Assembly: GCA_910577505.1 (NCBI GenBank)
Contig: CAJTLN010000002.1
Span: forward strand, 183,707-247,706
Direction of reading: 5' to 3'
DNA: 64,000 nucleotides
Source of the DNA: an uncultured Bacilli bacterium
Lineage (GTDB): Bacteria > Bacillota_I > Bacilli_A > RF39 > UBA660
The first letter of the stretch is position 1. Every line of letters starts with the position of its first letter. Shown here one piece after another: positions 9,388-19,055 of the stretch. The position numbers and the translations under genes are program-made. Below the pieces are notes generated by a model, which worked only from the letters and a program-made list of their open reading frames with translations, searched no databases and was not told the origin of the DNA.

Positions 9388-9864
9388 ATGAGAATTTTAT
9401 TTACCGCATTTAAAGGAAAGAATAATTCTTCTAAAATATTATTGGATAATATAGATTGCGATATAAAAAATAAACTATATTTAACGAATAGTTTTAATAA
9501 AAGTGTAGAAGAATTAATAAATAAGTTAAAAAATACTAAATATGATTTAATTATATCTTTCGGTCAATTGAAATTAAACTCTAATGTTATTAGAATAGAA
9601 AAAAATGGAATAGGCGATAGAATATATCAAACAAATTATGATTATTCTAAATTGAAAAATGATATGATTAAAAAAGGATTTAAGGTAATTGAATCTAATC
9701 AAACTAATTATCTTTGTAATAATATTTATTACAATGGTTTAAAATATATTGATGAAGAAAATATGGATTGTAAAATGATATTTATTCATATTCCAAAGAT
9801 AAAGGTGATAAAAGAAATAGAAGAGATTGCTAATATTTTTAATGAATATGTAAAGTTAAAATAA
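9388..9864 (+). CDS. short pyroglutamyl-peptidase I (C15)-like protein (158 aa)
   Basis: Motifs resemble Pcp: NYLCNNIYY (Cys nucleophile context, like FVCNHLMY) and IFIHIPK (like GFIHVP, catalytic His). It is shorter than canonical Pcp. Confidence 0.4.
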   Translation: MRILFTAFKGKNNSSKILLDNIDCDIKNKLYLTNSFNKSVEELINKLKNTKYDLIISFGQLKLNSNVIRIEKNGIGDRIYQTNYDYSKLKNDMIKKGFKVIESNQTNYLCNNIYYNGLKYIDEENMDCKMIFIHIPKIKVIKEIEEIANIFNEYVKLK

Positions 9865-10037
9865 CTATTTTTTAGTTATTTTTTTTTGGAAAAAAATTTA
9901 TTGGGAAGAAAAAAATGGGTAAAAAAGTTTTTTTAAAAAAAAGAAGGATTTTACTATATTAATGGAGAATATATAGGGTGAGAGGTGAAAATATATGAAG
10001 TGAAATTTGATATTTTAAAAATAAGAAAGGAGAAACT

Positions 10038-11510
10038 ATGAAAAAAATTTTGGTAGGAATGTTATTAGTAGCAATGTGTTTTTTTATTTGTAATGAAGTA
10101 AAAGCTGAAACTTTTGTAGAAGGAAGTTTTATTAATGGAGAATATATTAATAAAGTAAAGGATAAAAAAACATACTATATGACAATGCAGTTTATTAAAG
10201 ATAGTCAAGGAAGAATTGTTTATTGTTTAGAACCGTTTGTCGATTTTAAAACAGGACAAAGTTATAATGAATATTCTGGAGATTTAATGGGTTATGGCAA
10301 TTTAACAAGTGAACAAAAAAGAAGAATAGAACTTATCGTATACTATGGATATGGATACACTGGAAGATTAGAAGATAAGTGGTATGTTATTACACAATAT
10401 TTAATATGGAAGACAGTAGATGAAAAAGCAGATATTTATTTTACAAATAAATTAAATGGATCAAGAATTAGTAAATATGAAAATGAAATTAATGAAATAA
10501 TGAGTGAGGTTTTAAGACATGATTATGTTCCTGAGTTTGTTAAAAAATATGAAATAAATTATGGTGATACATTAAAAATTGATGGGGTTATAAAGGACTA
10601 TATTATTAATACAGATTATGAGTATTTCAATTTTGATAATGATTTAGTTATTGAAGGATTAACAAATAGTGGAAGAATAGGTGTTAGAAGAAAAAGCAAT
10701 TATTATGATAATAATGTAGTAATTTATGATAGTGTGAGTAGTCAAGATTTAATTAGACCAGGTAATGTAGTAAATCCTGAATATTTTATTGATGTTGATG
10801 TTAGTAAAGGAAATATAAGTCTTGATATTAGAGATGATGATAGTGTTTATACTATTGAAAGTGATTTAAAAGATACTTGTTATGAAATTAGAAAGGAAGA
10901 ACAATTTGTAGATAAAGTATGTACAGATAGTAAGCCATTAATTTATAAAAGCGTAGATTTACCATATGGTGATTATACAATTACACAAGTTAGTGTAGGG
11001 AAGGGCTATAGAAATGATACTAAAGTTTATAATGTAACGATTAATAAGATGAATCCTCAGGTAACAACAATTTTGTATAATAAATTAATAAGAAATGATA
11101 TTGAAATAATAAAATATGCATGTAAGGATAATCTGTGTGGATTTGAAAGAGATGCTAAATTTGAAATAAGAGATGTTAAAGGAAATTTAGTGACGACAAT
11201 AAGTACTTTAGAAAATGGTTATACTAATTATACTCTTGGATATGGAAAATATGATATACATCAAGTTAGTGGCTTGAAAAATTATACGGTGGCAGATGAT
11301 TATAGTGAGAAGATTGTTGATGAAAGTTCTATACATAAAAAAGAGTTATATAATTATTATATTGAGAATGATGAAGTTGTTTTAGAACCAGAAGATTCTT
11401 CTGAGGAAATTATTTTACCACCTAGGACTAGTGTAGATTTTAGTTTAGAGTTAGGTTATTTGAGTATTTTATTTACTTTAATATTAGGAATAAAAAAGAT
11501 GTATTTTTAA
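10038..11510 (+). CDS. secreted surface protein (490 aa) with a C-terminal sorting-signal-like tail
   Basis: N-terminal signal peptide. The C-terminus is LPPRTS, then a hydrophobic stretch, then KKMYF, which resembles a sortase substrate. Confidence 0.5.
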   Translation: MKKILVGMLLVAMCFFICNEVKAETFVEGSFINGEYINKVKDKKTYYMTMQFIKDSQGRIVYCLEPFVDFKTGQSYNEYSGDLMGYGNLTSEQKRRIELIVYYGYGYTGRLEDKWYVITQYLIWKTVDEKADIYFTNKLNGSRISKYENEINEIMSEVLRHDYVPEFVKKYEINYGDTLKIDGVIKDYIINTDYEYFNFDNDLVIEGLTNSGRIGVRRKSNYYDNNVVIYDSVSSQDLIRPGNVVNPEYFIDVDVSKGNISLDIRDDDSVYTIESDLKDTCYEIRKEEQFVDKVCTDSKPLIYKSVDLPYGDYTITQVSVGKGYRNDTKVYNVTINKMNPQVTTILYNKLIRNDIEIIKYACKDNLCGFERDAKFEIRDVKGNLVTTISTLENGYTNYTLGYGKYDIHQVSGLKNYTVADDYSEKIVDESSIHKKELYNYYIENDEVVLEPEDSSEEIILPPRTSVDFSLELGYLSILFTLILGIKKMYF

Positions 11511-11574
11511 ATATTTAGCAGGAGCTTTTAATAGCTTCTTTTTTTTGTCTATTTTTAATAATTTTGAAGTTTTT

Positions 11575-11604
11575 TTGGTCAAAATCGCGAAAATGTGGTA
11601 AAAT
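11575..11604 (+). promoter_or_regulatory. sigma-A type promoter with extended -10 (TTGGTC ... TGgTAAAAT) upstream of dnaG
   Basis: -35-like TTGGTC at 11575, 18-nt spacer, TGnTAAAAT at 11596-11604. Confidence 0.4.
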
Positions 11605-11697
11605 ATTCAAGAATTTGGGATTTTTTTGAAAAAATTGCTTGAAAAAAAAGGAAATTGAGGGGTTACCTATAATAATTATAAGTAGAGGGGTGATTTT

Positions 11698-13446
11698 ATG
11701 GCCTTTGTAAGTAACGATGAAATAAATGCTATTAGAGCTAAAGCAAATATCGTTAATATAGTTGGCAGTTACATCCCTTTAACGCAACGTGGAAAAAATT
11801 ATGTTTGTGTTTGCCCATTTCACGATGATCATTCACCAAGTATGAGTGTTTCAGAAGAAAAACAAATTTATAAATGTTTCTCATGTGGAGCAACAGGGAA
11901 TGTTTTTACATTTGTCTCAGAATTTGAAAACGTTTCTTTTATTGAAGCTGTTTCAATTGTTGCGAATAAATGTGGAATGGAATTATCTAAAAATGCTTAT
12001 ATCAGTAATTTCACACCAGCTTTTTCAGAAGAAAAAGAAATAATGGAATTGAGTCAGAAGTTTTTTGCGAACAATTTAAGAACTTCAGTAGGCGAAGTAG
12101 CAATTAATTATTTAAAAGAGCGTGGGATAGATGAAGAAATAATTAAAGAATTTGGTATAGGTCTTAGCTTAGATAGTAATGATTCTCTGTATAATTTATT
12201 GATTAAAAAGAATTATGATAGTAAAAAATTACTAGAAATAGGATTAGTTAATAGTGTTAATGGCAAAATATATGATATGTTTTCGAGAAGAATAACGTTT
12301 CCATTGTGGGATAAAGATGGAAATATAGTAGGTTTTAGTGCTCGAGTTTATCGAGGAGAAAAAGATGTTTCTAAATATATGAATAGCAGAGAATCCAAGA
12401 TATTTAAAAAGGGAGAAACATTATACAATTATCATAATGCTAAAACAATAGCTAAAAGAGAAAAAGAAATAATTGTAGTAGAAGGATTTATGGATGCAAT
12501 AAGAATCGCTTCTATTGGTTTAAAAAATGTTGTTGCGCTACAAGGTACTGCAATGACTAATGAACAAATTCAGTTGTTAAAAAAATTAAGAGTTAAAGTT
12601 ATATTATGTTTGGATAATGATAATGCTGGTTTAACTGCAACATTAAATAATGGTGAAGAATTAGTTAAAAATGATATTGAAACATTTGTTATAAGATTGA
12701 GTGGAAAAAAGGACCCAGATGAATATATTTTAGCAAATGGTGGAGAATCTTTTATTCATAATGTTAATAACCCGCTTACATTTTTTGAATTTAAAATGAA
12801 TTATTTAAAGCAAAATAAAGATTTAAATAATGTTGAAGACTTAACTAATTACATTAATGATGTACTTAAAAATTTATCTAATAATGGTGACTCTATTTTG
12901 CGAGAAGTAACACTTAATAAGTTAAGTAAAGACTATGATATATCTTTAGATGTGTTAAAAAGTAGATTAGAGCAAATGAAGCCAGTTGAAATTAAAAAAT
13001 TTGAAGAAATTCCAAAACAAGAAAAACAAAAAAAAGACGCTTATACAATTGGTTCCGAGAAAATTCTTTATTTTATGATGAATGGGGAAGAATATATAAA
13101 GAATTATCAAAAAAGATTAGGTTTCTTTAGTGAATCATTATATAGAGAATTAGCGAATGAAATTGTATATTTTTGGGAAAAAAATAAGAAAATTACTATA
13201 GCAGATTTTATTACTTATGTGACAGATAATGTTACGATAAAGGATAAAGTAATGGAAATTGTAAACGAATCAATTAATGATGAAATAACAATAGAAGCTA
13301 TGGATGAATATATATCAGCCGTTTTAAAAATTGTAACAAAAAATGAGATAAAACGACTAAAGAGCATAATGAAAAAAGAGCTAGATGTTGACAAAAAGAT
13401 GAAAATTGCTTTGCAAATTGCTGAGCTTAAAAAAGAGGAAGTGTAG
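11698..13446 (+). CDS. dnaG: DNA primase
   Basis: CHC2 zinc finger ([13 protein letters not shown]...CFSCGATG). TOPRIM region ([10 protein letters not shown]...LDNDNAG). Classic position upstream of rpoD. Confidence 0.9.
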   Translation: MAFVSNDEINAIRAKANIVNIVGSYIPLTQRGKNYVCVCPFHDDHSPSMSVSEEKQIYKCFSCGATGNVFTFVSEFENVSFIEAVSIVANKCGMELSKNAYISNFTPAFSEEKEIMELSQKFFANNLRTSVGEVAINYLKERGIDEEIIKEFGIGLSLDSNDSLYNLLIKKNYDSKKLLEIGLVNSVNGKIYDMFSRRITFPLWDKDGNIVGFSARVYRGEKDVSKYMNSRESKIFKKGETLYNYHNAKTIAKREKEIIVVEGFMDAIRIASIGLKNVVALQGTAMTNEQIQLLKKLRVKVILCLDNDNAGLTATLNNGEELVKNDIETFVIRLSGKKDPDEYILANGGESFIHNVNNPLTFFEFKMNYLKQNKDLNNVEDLTNYINDVLKNLSNNGDSILREVTLNKLSKDYDISLDVLKSRLEQMKPVEIKKFEEIPKQEKQKKDAYTIGSEKILYFMMNGEEYIKNYQKRLGFFSESLYRELANEIVYFWEKNKKITIADFITYVTDNVTIKDKVMEIVNESINDEITIEAMDEYISAVLKIVTKNEIKRLKSIMKKELDVDKKMKIALQIAELKKEEV

Positions 13447-13448
13447 AT

Positions 13449-14549
13449 ATGGTAGAAATTAAAAGTTTTGAAGACAGAATTAAAGATTTGGTAGAATTAG
13501 GAAAGAAAAATAATAATATATTAACTTTCGAGCAATTAGCTGAATCTTTAAAAGGGTTAGATATTGATAATGATTCATTAGATCAACTTTATAACACTTT
13601 AATGGAAAATGGAATTGAAGTAGTAGCGGATGAAAGTGGAAGTAGTGATGGACCTAAAAAATTAGAAGATGAAGAAGAAAATTTAGTTTTATCTGATGAA
13701 GAGATAACTAAAGATATAAATATTAATGATCCTGTTAGAATGTATTTAAAAGAAATAGGACGTATAAGTCTTCTTAGTAGTGAAGAAGAATTAGATTTAT
13801 CAGTAAAAATTGCAAATGGTGATGAAGCTGCAAAAAATATACTTGCTGAATCTAACTTACGTTTGGTTGTATCTATTGCAAAGCGTTATGTTGGCAGAGG
13901 ATTATTATTCTTAGATTTAATTCAAGAAGGTAATATTGGTCTTATGAAAGCTGTAGAGAAATTTGACTACGGAAAAGGGTATAAGTTTAGTACATATGCT
14001 ACTTGGTGGATTAGACAAGCTATTACAAGAGCATTAGCTGACCAAGCTAGAACAATTCGTGTACCAGTTCATATGGTAGAAACAATAAATAAAATGGCAA
14101 GAGTTCAAAGACAAATGACATTGGAACTTAATAGAGAACCAAGTGAAGAAGAATTGGCAGAAAAGATGGGTATTACTGTTGAAAAAGTAAGAGAAGTAAT
14201 GAAGATTAGTCAAGATCCAGTATCATTAGATACACCAATAGGTGAAGAAGATGATTCACATTTGGGTGATTTTATTAAAGATGAAAGAAGCATGAGTCCA
14301 GAAGAATATGCTACAAATGAAATCTTAAAAGAAGAAATTAAAAATGTTTTGATGACTTTGCAAGAAAGAGAACAAGAGGTTTTAGAGTTAAGATTTGGTT
14401 TAGTTGATGGGACTAGTCATACTCTTGAAGAAGTTGGTAAAAAGTTTAATGTTACACGTGAAAGAATAAGACAAATTGAAGCTAAAGCTTTAAGAAAATT
14501 AAGACATCCATCTAGAGCTAAAAAATTAAAAGATTTCTTAAGTGACTAA
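13449..14549 (+). CDS. rpoD: RNA polymerase primary sigma factor (sigma-70 / SigA)
   Basis: Region 2 ([32 protein letters not shown]). Region 4 ([29 protein letters not shown]). Confidence 0.92.
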   Translation: MVEIKSFEDRIKDLVELGKKNNNILTFEQLAESLKGLDIDNDSLDQLYNTLMENGIEVVADESGSSDGPKKLEDEEENLVLSDEEITKDININDPVRMYLKEIGRISLLSSEEELDLSVKIANGDEAAKNILAESNLRLVVSIAKRYVGRGLLFLDLIQEGNIGLMKAVEKFDYGKGYKFSTYATWWIRQAITRALADQARTIRVPVHMVETINKMARVQRQMTLELNREPSEEELAEKMGITVEKVREVMKISQDPVSLDTPIGEEDDSHLGDFIKDERSMSPEEYATNEILKEEIKNVLMTLQEREQEVLELRFGLVDGTSHTLEEVGKKFNVTRERIRQIEAKALRKLRHPSRAKKLKDFLSD

Positions 14550-15192
14550 GATAAGTAAAAGATTAAAAGCTATAGCAGAATTTGTTAATAAAAAGGATAC
14601 ATTGGTTGATGTTGGATGTGATCATGGATTACTAGGTATTTATTTGGTAGAAAAAAATAAAGTAAAAAAAGTTATTGCTAGTGATATTAATCAAAATGCT
14701 TTAAATAGTGCAATAAGAAATATAAAAAAAAGAAATATGAATATTGAAACTGTTTTAAGTGATGGAGTGAAAGATATAAACTTAAAAGGAATTAATACAT
14801 TAGTTATATCTGGTATGGGAACTAGTACGATATTACATATTTTAGAAAATAGTGAAAAAATAAAGAACATTCAAAAGTTAATAATTCAGTCTAATAATGA
14901 TCACGAATTGTTAAGAAGTAAAATGAATGAAAAAGGCTATTTTTTAGAAGATGAAAGTTATACTTATGATAAGAATAAATGGTATGTTACTTGTAAGTTT
15001 GTAAAAAGTAATGAAAAAAATACTGATATACAAATAAAATATGGTTTTTTAAGTAATAGTGATTATAATAACTATATGTTACAATATGAAAAAAGTATTT
15101 TAAAAAAGATACCTTTTACGGCAATAAGAGTAAAACTAATGGCATTAAAGAAATTAAATCAGTTAAAAAAAGCTATTTTATCTCAAAAATAG
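14542..15192 (+). CDS. trmK: tRNA (adenine22-N1)-methyltransferase, TrmK family
   Basis: SAM-MTase motif [10 protein letters not shown]. Overlaps the rpoD stop, in the conserved dnaG-sigA-trmK arrangement of Firmicutes. Confidence 0.7.
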   Translation: MTKISKRLKAIAEFVNKKDTLVDVGCDHGLLGIYLVEKNKVKKVIASDINQNALNSAIRNIKKRNMNIETVLSDGVKDINLKGINTLVISGMGTSTILHILENSEKIKNIQKLIIQSNNDHELLRSKMNEKGYFLEDESYTYDKNKWYVTCKFVKSNEKNTDIQIKYGFLSNSDYNNYMLQYEKSILKKIPFTAIRVKLMALKKLNQLKKAILSQK

Positions 15193-15198
15193 TTTTTT

Positions 15199-15450
15199 TT
15201 ATAGAAAGAAAGTAGGAGAATTGTAAGAAATTGTATTTTCTGGTTTAGTATCCGTAAAAGTTGATGTTTCCGGTTTAGTGTATTCTTTATTATTGTTATT
15301 GGATGCAAAATTTTTAATAGAAGAAATAACTTTTCCAGAATTTGATATTAATGGTTTAACTTGTTTATATAGGGGAATCATTTGGTTGGCGATATTTAAG
15401 GTTTTTGATATTCCATTGACAACTTTTAAAAGGGAAAGACTATTATTCAT
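15199..15450 (-). CDS. small hypothetical protein (about 84 aa). A weak call.
   Basis: ORF in the trmK/pilD intergenic region with a GGTGA-like RBS. No domain. Confidence 0.25.
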   Translation of the reverse strand: MNNSLSLLKVVNGISKTLNIANQMIPLYKQVKPLISNSGKVISSIKNFASNNNNKEYTKPETSTFTDTKPENTISYNSPTFFL

Positions 15451-15532
15451 ATCTATCACCAATATATTATATGAATAATAGTTTATTTTATGATATACTT
15501 AATTAAGAATATGGGTTGTAAAAGGTGATATT

Positions 15533-16297
15533 ATGCTTTTTGATATATATGTAATATGTTTATTATTCGTAGTTGGAATTCTTACGGGAATGGTATCTGT
15601 TATTATTGGATTAAAAGGTCCATTAAAAATAAAAGAATATTTTAATTGTTGTGATAATTGTAATAACATTTATAAATGGTATGAATTAATTCCTATAGTG
15701 TCTTTCTTTATTTCACGTGGTGAATGTCACTATTGTAAGAAAGAGTTATCTATGATGTATCCTGTTCTTGAAATAATATCGGGAATGTTATTTTCTTTTT
15801 CTTATATGATATATGGATTTAGCTATGAAATGATGATAATGATTATCTTAACAATTCTTTCTTTAATAATATATGTTAGTGATTTTAAATATTATGTTAT
15901 TTTAGATGGACCTTTATTTTTATTTAGCATTATTATTCTAGCAATGAAATTTACGGTTTTTGGGTTTGAAACTTTTTTAATTTCATTTTGTAGTGGTATA
16001 TTGATTTTTATTTTTATGATGATTATAAGATATATAGGAAATAGAATATTTAAACAAGAGTCATTAGGTGGGGGAGATATTAAATTATCAATGCTTTTTG
16101 GTTTTATGTTGGGAATTAGACTTAGTATAGTTTCGTTGGTTATAGGGTCCTTCTTAGCTTTTCCTTGTGCAGTATATTATTCTTTAACAGATAAGAGTAG
16201 AGAAATTCCCTTTGGTCCTTTTTTGGTTACAGGGTTATATTTAGTCTTTGTTTTTATGGAACCAATAAATAGTTTTTTATCAATCATTTTTAAGTAA
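15533..16297 (+). CDS. pilD: prepilin (type IV) leader peptidase, A24 family (PilD/ComC-like)
   Basis: N-terminal Zn-binding CDNC...CHYC. Multiple TM helices. C-terminal GGGDIKL catalytic-Asp region. Confidence 0.85.
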   Translation: MLFDIYVICLLFVVGILTGMVSVIIGLKGPLKIKEYFNCCDNCNNIYKWYELIPIVSFFISRGECHYCKKELSMMYPVLEIISGMLFSFSYMIYGFSYEMMIMIILTILSLIIYVSDFKYYVILDGPLFLFSIIILAMKFTVFGFETFLISFCSGILIFIFMMIIRYIGNRIFKQESLGGGDIKLSMLFGFMLGIRLSIVSLVIGSFLAFPCAVYYSLTDKSREIPFGPFLVTGLYLVFVFMEPINSFLSIIFK

Positions 16298-16316
16298 CGT
16301 TAAGTTACTTTTTTTA

Positions 16317-16344
16317 TAAAAAAAAGAACATAAAATGTTCTTTT
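16317..16344. terminator. bidirectional rho-independent terminator between convergent pilD and the pilB-like gene
   Basis: A-run, then agaacat/atgttct stem, then T-run. A second hairpin gtaac/gttac plus T7 lies at 16294-16315. Confidence 0.5.
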
Positions 16345-17983
16345 AAAAATTATTGATGTAAGAATCTCCGTAGTTGAAGTCATCATCGTCATCATCGTCT
16401 GTTATTACGATTGGTTTTGCTGTTGATTTAGTTTTTTCTTCAATTGGTTTAGCTTTTTCTTCTTTTTTAGGCGTTTCGGCTTTTTTTGTTTCATTTTCAA
16501 TTATTGTTGATAGTATATTTTGCAATTCTTCATCATTATTTTTGATTTCATTAATTGATTCAGCAATTTTTGTTGTTTCTTTTTCTTCATCTTTATTGTT
16601 TTTCTCGTTATTTTTATTATCTTTTTCTATTTCTTCATATTTTATTTTATTTTCTTCGATGTTCTCACTTTTTTTTGCTATTTCATTTCCTTTATCTTTA
16701 ATAATATTAGTTTCATTTTCTGGTTCAACGTCTTCTTCGATATCTTTGCCTAAAATGATATCTTCAAGTTTTTTATTATCATCAGTTAAATCTAATTTTA
16801 AATCCATTATTCTTATTATTTCTTCAAACGATGTGTCACCATTAATTGCCTTTTGTAAACCATCTTTTAAAATGTTATTATTTTCTTCATATATTATGTT
16901 TCTGATTAGTTTACGATTTCTATTATTTGAAATAGCATTTCTTAATTCATTATCAACTTTTATAACTTCAGCAATAGGTATTTGATCAACGTAACCATTT
17001 TTGCATTCTTCGCATCCTTTTGGGTAATATAGTTCTTCTACTTCTTCACCTAAAATGTTTTTGATTATTTTGGCTTCATAGTTACTTATCTTCTTTTTTT
17101 CACGACATGTTGGACATAGCTTTTTTACTAATCTTTGAGATATTATTCCAATTAAATTAGACCCTAAAAGGTAGTTTTCAACTTCCATATTAAGTAATGT
17201 ATCAACTGTTTGATAAGCTGTTTTAGTATTCATAGTAGATATAACAAGACGACCTGATAGAGAAGCTCTTAGAGCCATTCTGGTTGTTTCGTCATCAACA
17301 AGTTCGTTAATTGCAATTATATTTGGATCTTGCAATAAAATGCTTCGTAGAAGATTACGGTATGTCAAACCTTTTTCTGGAGAAATTTGAACTTGATTGA
17401 CTCCTTTTATTTTCATTTTTATAGGATCTTCAATAGAAATTATATTATTAGATTTACTATTTAATTCTTTAAGAATTGAATATAGGGTAGTTGTTTTACC
17501 AGAGCTAGCTGTTCCTGTGACAAGAATAATTCCTTGTGATTCTTTTAATAATTCTTTTATTTTTTTGACATCATTATTATTAAAACCAATTCTACTTATA
17601 CTTTTAATATTTTTGGCATAATTAGAAATATGGACAACTAATTTTTCACCATCAATTATTGGCAATGAAGAAACACGCATGTTGTGAGATTTACTATCTA
17701 GTTCAAAATTAATTGTTCCTATTTGTGGAACTAAAGAATCTGTAATATTCATACCAGATAGAATTTTTACTCTGGTAATAATGTTAGTTTTTACATTATC
17801 TGGTGCAGTAGAGTATTCAGTTAATTCACCATTTATTCTAAATTTTATTATAAGTTCATCGGCAGTTGGATCGAAATGAATGTCTGTTGCTTTCATTTTT
17901 ATTGAATCAGTTAATATTTTTTTAACTATACTAACTGTAGGTTCTTTTTCAAAATCAAATTCACGTAGTGCCATATAAGCCAC
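16343..17983 (-). CDS. pilB: type IV pilus / competence-type assembly ATPase (GspE/PilB/ComGA family) with an unusual C-terminal charged tail of about 165 aa
   Basis: Walker A VTGTASSGKTTT. Asp box and His box context. Tetracysteine CPTCREKK...CEECKNGY. The C-terminal K/E-rich low-complexity tail ends in DDDDDDDFNYGDSYINNF. Confidence 0.85.
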   Translation of the reverse strand: MAYMALREFDFEKEPTVSIVKKILTDSIKMKATDIHFDPTADELIIKFRINGELTEYSTAPDNVKTNIITRVKILSGMNITDSLVPQIGTINFELDSKSHNMRVSSLPIIDGEKLVVHISNYAKNIKSISRIGFNNNDVKKIKELLKESQGIILVTGTASSGKTTTLYSILKELNSKSNNIISIEDPIKMKIKGVNQVQISPEKGLTYRNLLRSILLQDPNIIAINELVDDETTRMALRASLSGRLVISTMNTKTAYQTVDTLLNMEVENYLLGSNLIGIISQRLVKKLCPTCREKKKISNYEAKIIKNILGEEVEELYYPKGCEECKNGYVDQIPIAEVIKVDNELRNAISNNRNRKLIRNIIYEENNNILKDGLQKAINGDTSFEEIIRIMDLKLDLTDDNKKLEDIILGKDIEEDVEPENETNIIKDKGNEIAKKSENIEENKIKYEEIEKDNKNNEKNNKDEEKETTKIAESINEIKNNDEELQNILSTIIENETKKAETPKKEEKAKPIEEKTKSTAKPIVITDDDDDDDFNYGDSYINNF

Positions 17984-18046
17984 CTCACTTTATTATTCTC
18001 TTATATAATTATAACTTATTTATTTTTTTTACTCAATAAAATTTTA

Positions 18047-18075
18047 TTGCTTTTAAATATTAGTTGATTTATAAT
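18047..18075 (+). promoter_or_regulatory. sigma-A promoter (TTGCTT, 17-nt spacer, TATAAT) driving the valS T-box leader
   Basis: Hexamers at 18047-18052 and 18070-18075. Confidence 0.4.
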
Positions 18076-18081
18076 ACTTTT

Positions 18082-18290
18082 AGTTACGTTGAACAAGAGG
18101 AGTAATCTAATCGGAAGTAATAGAGAGTTCTTGGGTGGTGGAAAAGAATATGAAAGATAGATGAAGGTTGCTTGGGAGTAGACATTTGTCCGTTAATATG
18201 CGTTAAATATTTGAGATGTATAACAATAGTTATAAATTAAGGTGGTACCGCGGGTTTATACTCGTCCTTAAGTTTATAGCTTTTTTTATT
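18082..18290 (+). promoter_or_regulatory. T-box riboswitch leader (probably Val) with near-perfect T-box sequence AATTAAGGTGGTACCGCGG
   Basis: T-box consensus at 18235-18253. AGAGA box at 18122. GUU at 18166-18168 is a candidate specifier. A hairpin plus TTTTTTTATTTT lies around 18255-18290. Confidence 0.7.
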
Positions 18291-18312
18291 TTGATAGAAA
18301 GGGGAATACTGA

Positions 18313-19055
18313 TGAGACAATATAATCATTATCTTGATGAATTTGAAAAATATGTTAGTACTTATGATTTGTTAAATGTTAAGATAAAGGGTAAGTTTGA
18401 ACATTCAAAGAGAGTTATGGAACTTTCTAATAAATATGCAAAATTACTTGATTTTAATGAGGAAGATATAGAATTGGCCACTTTAATTGGTTTATTACAT
18501 GATATTGGGAGATTTGAACAATTAAGAGTTTATGATAGTTTTAATGATGTAGCAACAATTGATCATGCTGATTATAGTGTTGAACAGTTGTTTAAGAAAG
18601 ATGAAATAAAAAGGTTTACAAATGAGGAAGACTGGTATCCAATAATTGAGTTTGCAATTAAAAATCATAATAAAATGGATATTCCTAATATTCGTGATGA
18701 GAGAATGATTAAGCATGCAAGACTTATTAGAGATGTTGATAAAATTGACATAATGGTAGCTATGACGGGAAGAGTAATTGAAGATGGTAGTCGAGTCAGT
18801 AAGGAAATGTTAGATTCTTTTAAAAAACATGGTCTTATTGATAGAAAATATGCCAAAACGAGAAATGATTTTATTATTAATCAATATGGTTTTGCATTTA
18901 ATATATATTATGATATTGTTTTAGAAGAATATAAAAACAATTTTATAAAATTTCATGAATCGATAAAAGATAATGAAAAGTTTATGGAAGCATATGAAGA
19001 AGTTATAAAATATATAAATGAAAGGATTGAAAAATATGAAAGAAATAGAAACTAA
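18313..19055 (+). CDS. HD-domain phosphohydrolase family protein (247 aa) encoded between the T-box leader and valS
   Basis: HSKRVMEL...LLHDIGRFEQ...DVDKIDIM signature. I chose the ATG at 18313 (GGGG RBS) because the annotated upstream start lies inside the T-box leader. Confidence 0.6.

Noticed and set aside
11846-12043. 65-aa + strand ORF
   Set aside because: Alternative frame inside dnaG.
15278-15478. 66-aa + strand ORF (GTG start) in the trmK/pilD spacer
   Set aside because: No RBS. It overlaps the slightly better minus-strand small ORF. At most one of the two is real, and possibly neither.
16374-16985. 203-aa S-rich ORF on the + strand
   Set aside because: It is antisense to the K/E-rich C-terminal tail of the pilB-like gene. 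A serine-rich mirror frame of a low-complexity region is a typical artefact.
17397-17621. 74-aa ORF on + strand inside the pilB-like gene
   Set aside because: Embedded antisense within a strongly supported ATPase CDS.
18216-18312. Annotated upstream start of the HD-domain ORF
   Set aside because: This part of the frame overlaps the T-box antiterminator/terminator. The ATG at 18313 with a GGGG RBS is the plausible start.
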